A stretch of 64,000 nt of DNA from Desulfobacterales bacterium (GCA_024226555.1 JAAELO010000508.1:43279-107278), one strand, 5' to 3'. Counted from the stretch's first letter, positions 9,414-20,011 are shown. Program-made: numbers and translations. Notes: a model not told the origin generated them from the letters alone.

Positions 9414-10478
9414 CTATACCCAGGAACTTCTTTTAACAACAAGATATGAACCTGCTGAAAAGAATAGAAAATTTGCAAGCCAGGCAGCCATAACAGGGGG
9501 AAGTACTTCTCCTTTTCCAAGGGATAGAAAAAGACTGTGCAGAGACCAGTGGAGAAACCATATAATCAAGCCTGTAAGAATTGATAAAGGTATACTTTTG
9601 CCAACTCTGTCAAGAGTTGTTATCAGAGTTGCCATTATAACCATTATGATACAAACAAAGGGCATGGCAAGCTTTCCATGGTAGTCCACTCTGTATCCAA
9701 CGGCATCATATCCCTCATCCTCCATTTTCCTAATCATCTTCTTCAAATCCTCTGAACTCAGGGCTCTGTTTTTACGAACCACATTCTTCAAACTTTCAGG
9801 CTTAAGGGCAAGTTTCATATCTTTTGTTTCATTAAAAACCTCAGTAAAATCACCTTTGTTGTCTATTGTCTGGGTTATTACATACTTCATATGCCATATG
9901 TCTTTATTCTCATCATATATACAAACTTTGGCATCAATACGTTTAACCAATTTAAAGTTTTCCCCAAAGTAATAGATGGAAAGACCTGATACTTTTTTTG
10001 TAGAAGGTTCATAGTACCTTACATGTGTAATGGATTTCTTTGTTTTAACCCAGTTATAAGTCACATTTTTGTGGCGTGGTCTTATTTTATTTGCTTCAAG
10101 AAGAGTCATTGGGGTGATGATTTCAGCAACAATAAACAGAAAAACAGTAAAAATCAAACCTGTAAAAAGAGCTGCTAAATTAATATACATAGTACTAACA
10201 CCACCACTCTTTATAGCGACAAGCTCTTTGTTTTTCTGCATCAAACCATACACTATAAGAACTGATAAAATAGTACTAACCGGAAGAATTGTAGAGATGA
10301 AGAAAGGTACCCTTAATAGGACATACCAAAACCCTTTAATCAGGGGTATACCAGCATTTGCAAAATTATTAATTGTTCCAAGAAAATCATTAAGTACAAA
10401 AATACTTGTTACTAAAATAATTACTATTGCAACATAGCGTATAATTTCCTTTATTATGTATTTATGAATTATAGACAT
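9414..10478 (-). CDS. lptG: LPS export ABC permease LptG
   Basis: YjgP/YjgQ-type permease with multiple TM segments and a periplasmic beta-jellyroll insert. It is second in the lptF-lptG pair. Confidence 0.8.
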   Translation of the reverse strand: MSIIHKYIIKEIIRYVAIVIILVTSIFVLNDFLGTINNFANAGIPLIKGFWYVLLRVPFFISTILPVSTILSVLIVYGLMQKNKELVAIKSGGVSTMYINLAALFTGLIFTVFLFIVAEIITPMTLLEANKIRPRHKNVTYNWVKTKKSITHVRYYEPSTKKVSGLSIYYFGENFKLVKRIDAKVCIYDENKDIWHMKYVITQTIDNKGDFTEVFNETKDMKLALKPESLKNVVRKNRALSSEDLKKMIRKMEDEGYDAVGYRVDYHGKLAMPFVCIIMVIMATLITTLDRVGKSIPLSILTGLIIWFLHWSLHSLFLSLGKGEVLPPVMAAWLANFLFFSAGSYLVVKRSSWV

Positions 10479-11653
10479 TATGCTTTCGCTCTACTTTTTT
10501 TGATTAAATTATAGATCTTGATAAATATAGCTCCAAACTCAACGGGCCTTTCCTCTCCAACCCTTTTATAGAGGTATATTGTGATAATACCAAGAACTAT
10601 ATTTGGCATCCACATAGTTAGAATTGGTGGATAATTTCCGGATTTTCCCACAGATGTGCCAATAGTTAAAATTGTGAAGTAAAGAAGAAAAAGAAAAATA
10701 CCAGGTCCTGTTCCAGAAACTTTTCTGCCTGAAGCGGATTGTACTCCAAGTGGTATCGCTAAAAGCCCTAAAACAAAACACCCAAAAGGGATCGCAAATT
10801 TTTCATAGTATCTCACTAAAACTTCATTATAGACAGCACCCTCTTTATTTTTTTTTATGAAAGCACGATATTCGGAAATATCCCATTCAGATATTCTCTT
10901 TTTTCTAACACCTTTAATTGCTGACCTGTTAAGATCTATTTTTATCTCAGTTTCATCAAAGTGTGATATAGAATAAACACTTTTTCTATCCAGATTAACT
11001 GTATTATATGAACCATTATGAAGTTTCAAAACAAATATTTTTTCTTCAGGTCTGCTTATTATACTACCCCTTGGGGCTATAATTGAAGTAATACTGTTTT
11101 TACGACTCTGATCTTCAATAAAAATATCTGTTAGTTCCTTTTTTTTAAGATCAATCTTATTCACATATAAAACCACATCTTTCAAACTTTCGTTAAAAAC
11201 CCTTTCCTTCAAACCAAAATCAGCACTGGTGGCTGCAACTTCTTTAACCATTTTATCAATGGAAGATTTGCCCCATGAAATCCCGTAAAGTTCAACATAA
11301 AGTGTCATAATGTATCCAACTGTACAAAAGAGAAGTACAGGAGGTATTAGAAAATACACACTAAATCCACCCGATTTTAATGCCGTAATCTCATTATCAC
11401 CAGACATTTTCAGCATAGTCAGAAGCACAGCTAACATCACAGACATTGGGATTGTTAAAGCAAGAAACGATGGTACGGTATAAACCAACATCATACATAC
11501 AACATAAATACTTACATTGAAGTTTACTATTAGATTTGCGATATCCGGTATTTTAGCAAGCAAAAAAATTGCTGTTAGAAATGCCAGATTAATAAAAAAA
11601 GGCGGTAAAATCTCTAAAATTATGTATCTATTTACAATCGAGTTTAATTTCAT
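10478..11653 (-). CDS. lptF: LPS export ABC permease LptF
   Basis: YjgP/YjgQ family (IVNRYIILEILPPFF N-terminus). Its stop overlaps the lptG start. Confidence 0.8.
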   Translation of the reverse strand: MKLNSIVNRYIILEILPPFFINLAFLTAIFLLAKIPDIANLIVNFNVSIYVVCMMLVYTVPSFLALTIPMSVMLAVLLTMLKMSGDNEITALKSGGFSVYFLIPPVLLFCTVGYIMTLYVELYGISWGKSSIDKMVKEVAATSADFGLKERVFNESLKDVVLYVNKIDLKKKELTDIFIEDQSRKNSITSIIAPRGSIISRPEEKIFVLKLHNGSYNTVNLDRKSVYSISHFDETEIKIDLNRSAIKGVRKKRISEWDISEYRAFIKKNKEGAVYNEVLVRYYEKFAIPFGCFVLGLLAIPLGVQSASGRKVSGTGPGIFLFLLYFTILTIGTSVGKSGNYPPILTMWMPNIVLGIITIYLYKRVGEERPVEFGAIFIKIYNLIKKSRAKA

Positions 11654-11665
11654 ACAAATTATTAT

Positions 11666-12325
11666 CTAATTCCCCAGGAATTTAACTTTGTTTAGATCCC
11701 AGATAGTGTCGTCAAAAAGTCTGTCCGGCATTGGAATAATATCATTTAAAACTTCATATTTTTTGTAGTAGCTTTTTATAAATTTTTTATAATTATTATA
11801 AGTTTTTTTATAAAGAGTATACTCCTTCTTATAATTAAGATAATATTTGTCATAAAGTGTTCGTAACATTTTATTACCAGACTTTATCTTTTTAAGATTG
11901 TCCTTTGAAAACAGCAACAATTTTCTAAACGCTAAAAGGTATTTTTTTAGTTTTACACCATGTCTTCTTCCAATTCCATATCTAAGTTCCCTCCTCATTT
12001 TTATAAGCCCTGACAATCCTTCATTGTTTAATGAGGATTTGTTGTTTTTTATATAATCATCAAATTCTGAAGCTTTTTTCTCAAAATTTTTCTGATATTT
12101 TAGTGTTTTATCCAGAAGCCTTATTATTTTTCTCATTTTTGAAACAGATGTGTAGAACCGACTACCCCGATCAAGGTCATTAATACTTAGTAGTAAATTA
12201 TGGACAGCAACTCTGTAAGTTCTACAATTTCTTTTCGTTATTTTAGAGATTGCTCCATATGAAGGACAGGCGTATACAATACATAATACAGATATTAACA
12301 AAAATTTCATTTTTGCTGAACCCAT
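11666..12325 (-). CDS. hypothetical secreted K/Y-rich protein
   Basis: Signal-peptide-like MKFLLISVLCIVYACPSYGA. The probable start is 12310. No recognisable domain. Confidence 0.5.
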   Translation of the reverse strand: MGSAKMKFLLISVLCIVYACPSYGAISKITKRNCRTYRVAVHNLLLSINDLDRGSRFYTSVSKMRKIIRLLDKTLKYQKNFEKKASEFDDYIKNNKSSLNNEGLSGLIKMRRELRYGIGRRHGVKLKKYLLAFRKLLLFSKDNLKKIKSGNKMLRTLYDKYYLNYKKEYTLYKKTYNNYKKFIKSYYKKYEVLNDIIPMPDRLFDDTIWDLNKVKFLGN

Positions 12326-12335
12326 CTTTCTCTCC

Positions 12336-14777
12336 TTACTTATTATTGTTACAAAACTTATAGGTATAATTATTTTTACTTATATCTAAAATGATTGAAC
12401 CTTTCAAATCAATCCTTTCAACTTTACATTTGCTATCAAGATATCGCTTAATAACTTTTTTATCTGGAAATCCAAACCTGTTCCTAAAGCCAGCTGAAAT
12501 TATTGCAAGTTCAGGTTTAACTCTATTTATAAAGGTTCCAGAACTTGATGTTTTGCTGCCATGATGGGGAACCATTAATATTTGAGACTTTACACTCTCT
12601 GACAATTGAGCAAGTTCTGTTTCAGCCTGATGTTCAATATCTCCTGGAAAAAGAACTGATATCTTCCCATGGGTAACCTTAACCACAAGAGAGTTATTGT
12701 TTGAGTCTCTCCATCTATCCTTTAAACTTTTAAAATTCCTGTTAGGATAAAGAACCTCAAAAGAGATTTTTTGAAAATCTCTTTTTTGAAAATGCTGATA
12801 TTCATCATGGATGATATTGTTCTTTTCAACAATCCTGATCAAATCTTTAAAGGCTATTGTATCACTTGCTTCTCCGTTAGACCACAATCTTTTTACATTA
12901 AAGTTTTCAGCTATATAGATAAGTCCGTTTAAATGATCACTATTTGCATGGGATAGAATGATTGTATCTATGGTCAGTATTTTTTTTGAAAGAAGAAGTG
13001 GAGCGATCACAATTTTCCCCATGTCAAAATATTTGTTGTTTGAATATCCACCACCATCTATGAGAACCGTTTCTCCATTTGGAAGTTCAATTAAGTTTGC
13101 ACTACCAAGGCCAACATCAATACAGGTTATTCTCATATCATTTCTAAAGTAGCGTTGCTTAACCCAATAACCAAAATCTGTTAAAACAGATAAGAATAAA
13201 ATTACGATGAAAAAAACAGTTCTTTTATTTTTATATTCGCCTCTTTTTATTAAATAAAAAGCAAAATAAGCTATTGAGTAATAGAGAAAAAGTTCCAGAA
13301 TTGAAGGTTTAAAAGTAATAATTGAAGACCATTTTAATCCTGCGAAAAAATCTATTACATTAATAACCTTTGAGATCAGAAAGAGTGTTATCTCAACAAA
13401 TATTTGTGCAATCTGACTATTAAAAAACGAAGATAATACCGATATCAAACCAGTAGGAATTATGAGAGTTGAAAAAAAAGGTACAACAACGATATTGGCA
13501 ACTAAACTAATAATTGAGAACTGGTTAAAATAGTACATTACCAAAGGAAATGTTCCTAAAGTCGCAAATAATGTAACTAAAAAAAATGTAATCCCTTTAT
13601 TCAGAAAATAATGTTTGCTTTTTAATGGGAATAACTTTAGACCGTACGCAATGAATAAAACAGCTGCAAAAGAGAATTGAAATGATATGGAAAAAATTGC
13701 AGGTGGAAAAAAAACAGTTATTAAGAGAGCTGCTGTTGCAAGAATATTTATTATATCAAGTTCCTTTCTGATATTAAGGGCCAAAACAAAACACACAACC
13801 ATTATAACAGCTCTTTGTGTGGCAGGTGACATGCCTGATAGGTATCCAAAAAAAATGGTTGGAGGAAGAATCAGAAGAGCAGCATATCTTTTTAAATTTC
13901 CACTCCATAATAATTTATTAATAAATGAAAAAAGAAAGCTTGTAATAACAAAAAAGAAAGTTGCAATAATGCCCATATGCAAACCGGAAACAGCAAGAAT
14001 ATGACCTGTTCCGGTTCTATTAAATATATCTCTTAACTCGATCGGTATTTTTTTGTTCCCTGTTAACAATGCTTTCAAAATTGATTTTGAATCGGGATCA
14101 GATTCAGCATTAGTTATAACCTCTTCAATATCTTCTCTGATTTTTAAAACAATGCTTTTGCATGATGGTTCTATTTGGATTTTAGAAGAGTTAACATAGG
14201 TTCTTCCATAAATACCTTTAAAATACATAAATTGTTTATAATTAAAAGCGTTTGGATTACTGAAATTGCGTATGGATTTAATTTTGGATCTGAATTTAAA
14301 ACTGTAATTATTAAAGATCTTTTTTTTAATTTTACCTATTACAGTAACCTTAAGACGACCTTTAATTTCAGATCCATTTATTTTGATATTCTTTGCTATA
14401 AAGGATGTTCCTGAAGACTTTTCAATTTTGCTGTCAATTACACCTTCAATTTCAAATTTTCCTTTATCACAAAAATAAGTAAGATAATCTTCAGAGTATG
14501 GAACATTCAAAAATGGGTGAATTAGTAAAATACCTAATGAATAAAACAATAGTAGTGGAGAGATGATAACTGCATCTCTTTTATATAGAGATTTTATAAT
14601 TGATAAAATCGCTAAAACAGAGGATGTTATAGAAAAATAAAAAGGAAAATGATTATTTATATAATAGCCTGTTAAAATTCCTAATATTAAAAAAATCAGA
14701 ATTACAGCAACTGGCCGTTTGTAAAAACCCGTAATATTAATATTTGAAAGATTTTTGTAAATTTCAAAACTCTCCAT
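12336..14777 (-). CDS. comEC: DNA internalization-related competence protein ComEC/Rec2
   Basis: Polytopic competence domain (TGTGHILAVSGLHMGI) plus a C-terminal metallo-beta-lactamase domain (ILSHANSDHLNG, VPHHGS). Confidence 0.9.
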   Translation of the reverse strand: MESFEIYKNLSNINITGFYKRPVAVILIFLILGILTGYYINNHFPFYFSITSSVLAILSIIKSLYKRDAVIISPLLLFYSLGILLIHPFLNVPYSEDYLTYFCDKGKFEIEGVIDSKIEKSSGTSFIAKNIKINGSEIKGRLKVTVIGKIKKKIFNNYSFKFRSKIKSIRNFSNPNAFNYKQFMYFKGIYGRTYVNSSKIQIEPSCKSIVLKIREDIEEVITNAESDPDSKSILKALLTGNKKIPIELRDIFNRTGTGHILAVSGLHMGIIATFFFVITSFLFSFINKLLWSGNLKRYAALLILPPTIFFGYLSGMSPATQRAVIMVVCFVLALNIRKELDIINILATAALLITVFFPPAIFSISFQFSFAAVLFIAYGLKLFPLKSKHYFLNKGITFFLVTLFATLGTFPLVMYYFNQFSIISLVANIVVVPFFSTLIIPTGLISVLSSFFNSQIAQIFVEITLFLISKVINVIDFFAGLKWSSIITFKPSILELFLYYSIAYFAFYLIKRGEYKNKRTVFFIVILFLSVLTDFGYWVKQRYFRNDMRITCIDVGLGSANLIELPNGETVLIDGGGYSNNKYFDMGKIVIAPLLLSKKILTIDTIILSHANSDHLNGLIYIAENFNVKRLWSNGEASDTIAFKDLIRIVEKNNIIHDEYQHFQKRDFQKISFEVLYPNRNFKSLKDRWRDSNNNSLVVKVTHGKISVLFPGDIEHQAETELAQLSESVKSQILMVPHHGSKTSSSGTFINRVKPELAIISAGFRNRFGFPDKKVIKRYLDSKCKVERIDLKGSIILDISKNNYTYKFCNNNK

Positions 14778-14806
14778 TAATGATTATAGATTTTACTTTA
14801 TAAAAC

Positions 14807-14850
14807 AAAAAAGCGTTTTTCTGAACATATAATTCAAAAAAACGCTTTTT
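14807..14850 (-). terminator. rho-independent terminator ending the qrc operon
   Basis: 13-bp stem aaaaagcgttttt / aaaaacgcttttt, 15-nt loop, and a U-run on the minus-strand transcript. It sits between the small ORF stop (14870) and the comEC start (14777). Confidence 0.75.
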
Positions 14851-14869
14851 ATTTACTTTTTCTTAAACT

Positions 14870-15031
14870 CTAATGGTGATCGCCACCACCTTTACCATTT
14901 TTGGTATCAATTGCAGCTTTTAGAACACAATATGTCATTCCTGCTCCAATTATAGAAAGTGCATACCACATACCACCATGAAAAACTACATGACCAACAT
15001 CCCAGATCCATTCAAATGAAAAAGGAAACAT
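14870..15031 (-). CDS. 53-aa hydrophobic small protein immediately downstream of qrcD
   Basis: Hand translation: MFPFSFEWIWDVGHVVFHGGMWYALSIIGAGMTYCVLKAAIDTKNGKGGGDHH. GGAGG lies 7 nt upstream of the ATG at 15031. The start is 14 nt after the qrcD stop, and the operon terminator follows at 14807-14850. Confidence 0.55.
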   Translation of the reverse strand: MFPFSFEWIWDVGHVVFHGGMWYALSIIGAGMTYCVLKAAIDTKNGKGGGDHH

Positions 15032-15045
15032 AGAGAACCTCCTCT

Positions 15046-16290
15046 TTAATCTTCAACAGGATTAAGTTCCTGTTCCTGTGGAAAAATAGGTAAATAACGA
15101 TATGAAAAAGCTATTACCATAATACCACCAGCTATTGGCAATATTGTAGTTGCGATTTCCTGCCAGCTTGGGAGATAAAGAACCCATTCATCAAAAGTCA
15201 TTACAGGCATACTCATTGGTTGCATAACCAGAACCCATCTGTTTAAACAGATTCCAATTGTTGCAAGTATAGCAGCTGTCCATAACAATTTCTGATTTTG
15301 CCTTGTCTTCTCTCTTAAAAGGATAATTGCAGGAATATAACCACAAATAACGATCTCCATAATTAAGATCCATATTCCATGTGCCCAGAAATTATCATCA
15401 TAAAAATCCATAACATTGAAACCAGCGTGTGGCGCAGTAACAAAAGCCCAGTAAAGGGTATCTATGGTCTTAGCAATAATGTATGAGCAAATCATCCAAC
15501 CTGAAATTTTTGCAAGAAGATCAATAACATTATCTTTTACAAGCTTCTTGTTTGTAATTTTTTCAGTTATTTTAGTAACTAAAATTGTAAAACAAGGGCC
15601 ACATGCTGCTGCTGACCATGTGAACAGAAAGAATGTCCAGGGCCAGATAAAGATACCTTCCCTAAAAGCAAAGGGTCTTCCAAAAAGCACACCACTAACA
15701 CCACCAAGAGATCCCTGGTGAAAACAGGATAAAAAAGCACCTGTTGCTGCAAATACAGCCATTACAACGTGCATATTGTGGCTTAAGTTATGAAAGAACG
15801 GGATTTTATCAACTTGTCTGTTCTCAAGCAGAAGAGGAATATATTCAATAATAAGAACAGCCATATAAAGTGATAAACAAAAAGCAACTTCTGTAAGCAT
15901 GGAGTGAACATTTGCATGCCAGAAAATGAACCAGCCCCTGAGTGGTTGCCCAATGTCAATCGCAAGAATTAACAGCGCTGAACCATAGCAGCAAACACCA
16001 ATTAGAACAGCGTAATTAATAATATTTTTAAGATCTTTTAAACCAATAACATAACGTAATAAACCGGTAAAAAAGGCTCCACCACCAACAGCAATAACCG
16101 CAAGGTCTGCCCAGATCCAGAGGGCAAATCCAAATGAGTCATTCATATTGGTCTGGTTAAGGCCCTTCATCCAGCAGAGAATCATTGCGTAGACTCCCCA
16201 CAGAACCACGGCTCCTACTATTGCCTGCCCAAGTAAGAAACGTTTTAACGAGCAGCGTTCAACTCCTTTGGGTATTAATGCAGAATCCAT
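15046..16290 (-). CDS. qrcD: quinone reductase complex membrane subunit QrcD (NrfD/PsrC family)
   Basis: 414-aa polytopic NrfD-like protein. It is last in a cytochrome c / Mo-pterin-like / FeS / NrfD four-gene order. Confidence 0.78.
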   Translation of the reverse strand: MDSALIPKGVERCSLKRFLLGQAIVGAVVLWGVYAMILCWMKGLNQTNMNDSFGFALWIWADLAVIAVGGGAFFTGLLRYVIGLKDLKNIINYAVLIGVCCYGSALLILAIDIGQPLRGWFIFWHANVHSMLTEVAFCLSLYMAVLIIEYIPLLLENRQVDKIPFFHNLSHNMHVVMAVFAATGAFLSCFHQGSLGGVSGVLFGRPFAFREGIFIWPWTFFLFTWSAAACGPCFTILVTKITEKITNKKLVKDNVIDLLAKISGWMICSYIIAKTIDTLYWAFVTAPHAGFNVMDFYDDNFWAHGIWILIMEIVICGYIPAIILLREKTRQNQKLLWTAAILATIGICLNRWVLVMQPMSMPVMTFDEWVLYLPSWQEIATTILPIAGGIMVIAFSYRYLPIFPQEQELNPVED

Positions 16291-16324
16291 AAATTTTTAC
16301 TCCTCACCTTTAATTGACCTAATA

Positions 16325-17131
16325 TTAATGACCTTCAGTTTTATATTTAACACTGCCGGTTTTCTCACCAGGATTATAATTATCACCAGCACGTCTTACC
16401 CATTCTCTTTCAGAGATATAGTAAATTTTTGTGTTGGTTCCTAATCTCTCAAGTAAACGGAAAGCGTTCTTATCATCTTTAAGTTTATGAACAGCATGGG
16501 TTTCATCATTCAGATCACCAAAAGTGATAGCACCTGCCGGGCAAGCCTGTGTACAAGCAGTCTGATAATCACCCTCTTCAAGAGCTTCTTTATCATCACT
16601 TCCATAAACTTCTTCCATGGCAACCTGATATCTGTGGAAACAGAAACTGCACTTTTCAACGATCCCCCTCATACGAGGAGAAACATTTGGACTCAGGTAT
16701 TTTTCCATACCATCAGGCCAGACCGGATCCCACCAGTTGAAATATCTTGCATGATAAGGACAAGCTGCCATACAATATCTACATCCAAAACACCTTGTAT
16801 AGACCTGACTAACAATACCTGTTGTGTAGTCATAGTCAGTTGCTGTAGCAGGGCAAACAGAAACGCATGGAGAGTGTCCTTCGTGTTGACCTCCGCAATG
16901 CTGACATGGTCTTGGAATATAGAAAACTTCGTTATTAGGATAAGGTTTTTTATTAGAAACTTTATAAACCCGCATCCATGTTATACTATCAAGTTTATTT
17001 GATTCGTCTTCCTTAAATGGAACATTGTTCTCAGACATACATGCGACCATGCAGGAACCACAGCCGGTACATTTGTCCAGATCAACGACCATTCCGTATT
17101 TTTTATTTACTTTATCGTGTTCTTTTTTCAT
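16325..17131 (-). CDS. qrcC: quinone reductase complex iron-sulfur subunit QrcC (4Fe-4S ferredoxin type)
   Basis: CTGCGSCMVAC, CQHCG..PCVSVCP, CFGCRYCMAACP and CSFC..C..ACP cluster motifs. Confidence 0.8.
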   Translation of the reverse strand: MKKEHDKVNKKYGMVVDLDKCTGCGSCMVACMSENNVPFKEDESNKLDSITWMRVYKVSNKKPYPNNEVFYIPRPCQHCGGQHEGHSPCVSVCPATATDYDYTTGIVSQVYTRCFGCRYCMAACPYHARYFNWWDPVWPDGMEKYLSPNVSPRMRGIVEKCSFCFHRYQVAMEEVYGSDDKEALEEGDYQTACTQACPAGAITFGDLNDETHAVHKLKDDKNAFRLLERLGTNTKIYYISEREWVRRAGDNYNPGEKTGSVKYKTEGH

Positions 17132-17179
17132 CAGAACCTCATTGATACAATTTATATAGTGTTAATAATCATTTACAAA

Positions 17180-19279
17180 TCAGACTTTTTCAATTTTACA
17201 TCTGATTGCCCATGCACAGTTTGAACCTGTAACTGGATCCTCAACTGTTCCAAGGAGATTATTTACATTAACACCCTTACCAGCAAGGTATTTATCGTAA
17301 GCTGTATGACCAAGACCTTTTGCCATTGCAACAACACCTGGCATAATCTGTTCAGACAGATTTACCTTAACTTTACAACTTCCTTCAGAAGTTTTAACTT
17401 TTACAGAACTCTTATCCGAAAGTCCTAATTGTTTTGCTGTTACAGGATTGATTTCAACAAAACCATCTTTTCCTTTAATCACTTTATCAGAAACAGTTTT
17501 CACAGCAAATGGAGGTGCTCCAATATAACCATTAGGTATTCTGATAGAATCATAAGGAACAAGAACAAGTGGATAAACGCCCTTATCCCCTTTTGGTGCC
17601 AGAACTTCATTTTTAGGTGCTATGAATTTGAAGGATAAATTTTTTGCTCTATAATCCTCATTAACAATAACACCCTCTTCCTGAAGAGATTCCAGTTTAT
17701 CTCCAAGAATTGCTGAAATGCAGCTTTCATAATCATCCCATGGAAAAGCATCAGCCATTCCATCGATTGTTTTAGCTGTTTCAATAAGGATTTCACCTAA
17801 ATCTTTAGTATTAAACTGTAAATCTGAAACAGGTGCGACATAACCAATACCTGGTTTTTGTACTGACTCTGTAATTGAAACAACGTCTGTTTGCTCAAGG
17901 TTCACGTTGACTGGTAATACAAGGTCAGCAATCTCTGTTGTTTCATCCATAAAAGATGAAAAACTTACTTTGTACGGAATCTTTTCAAATGCTTTTTTAA
18001 CTGCATCCGAATCTGCCATTGTATAAAGAGGATTGTCATTTGCAATCAGGAGAACTTCAACAGACTCATTAGGAAGTTTATTTAAAAAAGATTCTGTATC
18101 AGGAAATTTATTACCTGTGATAGCCTGCTTTTTATTTGCAGCTTTAGCAACTGAATCCATTTTCATGTTGGACCAGTTAAAAAATCCAGAATCTTTAATA
18201 ACCTGCACACCACCTTTTTTGTTGATGTTATTTGCAAGTATATTAAGAGTGTGAACTGCAACAAACTCATCAAAGCTTCCGGCTGTATTACCAGCACCTT
18301 TTCCGCAAATAGCGATGGACTTATTGGTTGCAAAATCTTTCGCCATCTCTGTGATTTGTGCAGCATCAATACCAGTTACTTCTGCGACTTTTGAAAGACC
18401 ATATTTATTTAAAAACGGCTTTAAAGATGCAGAACCTTTTGGTTCCTTCATTTTTATAACTTCTGCAGCAATTCCATATGCAAGAGTAATATCAGTACCT
18501 GGTTTTATTGGTACCCATTTATCCGCTACAATTGCTGTGTTGGACATTCTTGATTCAATCTGAACAAGCTTTCTTGAATTATCAACACCCTTGCTGTTTG
18601 CTTTAATTGAATTAACAGGAGATCCCCATCCATCAATAATTCCACTTCCAAAGCTTAATATATAATCAGCTTTATCAATATTAAATGCTGGTGTTGCATC
18701 TACGCCATGCATCTTTTTGATCACTTGTTTATAAGTGTCATTCATTGTCGCTCTTGTGAAATAGTTAGGCGACCCATATGCTTTTAGAAAACGCTTTAAA
18801 AGAAGTGTTGAAAGACTTTTTGAATTTCCGGAAATTACTGCAACTTTATCTGATTTCTCATCTCTAATTCCAGAAAGTTTTTCGGAAAGCTCAGTAATTG
18901 CATCTTCCCATGAAATCTTTCTTAATTTACCTTTAATTTTTTTGAGAGGAGATTTTACTCTCGTAGGACTATAAAGAAGCTGAGGTCCTGAAAGCCCAAG
19001 GAGGCAAACACCACCATCATTAACGATGTGATCTTCCTTACCCTCAACTTTAATTACCCGATCTTCAATCTTACGAGCTTTTATTCCACAATTACCTGAA
19101 CATAATGTACAAACAGAATCTTCATAGGAAATTGCACCATCTTTTGGAACTGGTGTCCACGGCCAATTCTGGGACCAAATGGATGAATCATCCACCATTT
19201 TCCAGGGTAATGGCGAAAGAGCTGTTCCCACAGCAGCACCGACTCCCAATGCTAAGAAACTTCTACGGTATATTTTCAT
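17180..19279 (-). CDS. qrcB: quinone reductase complex subunit QrcB (molybdopterin-oxidoreductase-like, Tat signal)
   Basis: Tat motif YRRSFLALGVGAAVG; N-terminal CTLCSGNCG FeS motif; 699-aa Mo-bisPGD family fold. Confidence 0.78.
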   Translation of the reverse strand: MKIYRRSFLALGVGAAVGTALSPLPWKMVDDSSIWSQNWPWTPVPKDGAISYEDSVCTLCSGNCGIKARKIEDRVIKVEGKEDHIVNDGGVCLLGLSGPQLLYSPTRVKSPLKKIKGKLRKISWEDAITELSEKLSGIRDEKSDKVAVISGNSKSLSTLLLKRFLKAYGSPNYFTRATMNDTYKQVIKKMHGVDATPAFNIDKADYILSFGSGIIDGWGSPVNSIKANSKGVDNSRKLVQIESRMSNTAIVADKWVPIKPGTDITLAYGIAAEVIKMKEPKGSASLKPFLNKYGLSKVAEVTGIDAAQITEMAKDFATNKSIAICGKGAGNTAGSFDEFVAVHTLNILANNINKKGGVQVIKDSGFFNWSNMKMDSVAKAANKKQAITGNKFPDTESFLNKLPNESVEVLLIANDNPLYTMADSDAVKKAFEKIPYKVSFSSFMDETTEIADLVLPVNVNLEQTDVVSITESVQKPGIGYVAPVSDLQFNTKDLGEILIETAKTIDGMADAFPWDDYESCISAILGDKLESLQEEGVIVNEDYRAKNLSFKFIAPKNEVLAPKGDKGVYPLVLVPYDSIRIPNGYIGAPPFAVKTVSDKVIKGKDGFVEINPVTAKQLGLSDKSSVKVKTSEGSCKVKVNLSEQIMPGVVAMAKGLGHTAYDKYLAGKGVNVNNLLGTVEDPVTGSNCAWAIRCKIEKV

Positions 19280-19312
19280 AAAATTATCCCTTTACCTTGA
19301 AATCAGGAAACA

Positions 19313-20011
19313 TTACTTGTGACACTGAAAACAAGCACCTTTGTAATTATTCTTTTGTTCGTGCTTTGTTTCCTTTTCTTTTTGCCTAGCATGCTTTTCA
19401 TGACATTTTGCACAAACATCCATCTTCATGCTATCCCAGGTATTACTTTTGAAACCGCCGATACTCTTACCCCAAACGTCGCGACTTATACCTGTAAGTC
19501 TGTTTTCTTCATAAACTTTAAGGCTTTTAGACGTTCCAATGTCACCGTGACACTCTTTACATTCCATTTCTGCTTTTTTAACATGCGCTGCATGAGAAAA
19601 GAATACACAATCTGGTTGCTTTGAATATATCAACCATGGAACTTCTTTCTCTTTAGCCACATACTCTTCAACAAAAACCTTCTCATTGGGTGTATCACCC
19701 TGAACTTCTTCATGACATTCAGCACATTGAGCAAGTTTAGGTACACCGGCGAATGTTCCGTCATCTCTAAAGAAATGACAGCCTGTACACTCTTCTACTT
19801 GTTCGCTATGAACTTCATGACTAAAATCAAATGGTTGTTTTTTCTGAGAATAAAGAACTTTCGGAAAGATTACCCATCCCACAACAAGACTTGCAACCAG
19901 ACCAGCTATGAAAAAGACTAGTATAATTGCACTGGAACCTTTTTCAGATCCGATTATCTCATCAACAGGACTTACAACAACCTTTTGGTACTTCTCATCT
20001 ATTGTACTCAT
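19313..20011 (-). CDS. qrcA: membrane-anchored multihaem cytochrome c QrcA
   Basis: N-terminal TM segment (AIILVFFIAGLVASLVVGWVIF). Five CXXCH motifs are visible: CTGCH, CAECH, CKECH, CAKCH, CFQCH. Confidence 0.75.
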   Translation of the reverse strand: MSTIDEKYQKVVVSPVDEIIGSEKGSSAIILVFFIAGLVASLVVGWVIFPKVLYSQKKQPFDFSHEVHSEQVEECTGCHFFRDDGTFAGVPKLAQCAECHEEVQGDTPNEKVFVEEYVAKEKEVPWLIYSKQPDCVFFSHAAHVKKAEMECKECHGDIGTSKSLKVYEENRLTGISRDVWGKSIGGFKSNTWDSMKMDVCAKCHEKHARQKEKETKHEQKNNYKGACFQCHK

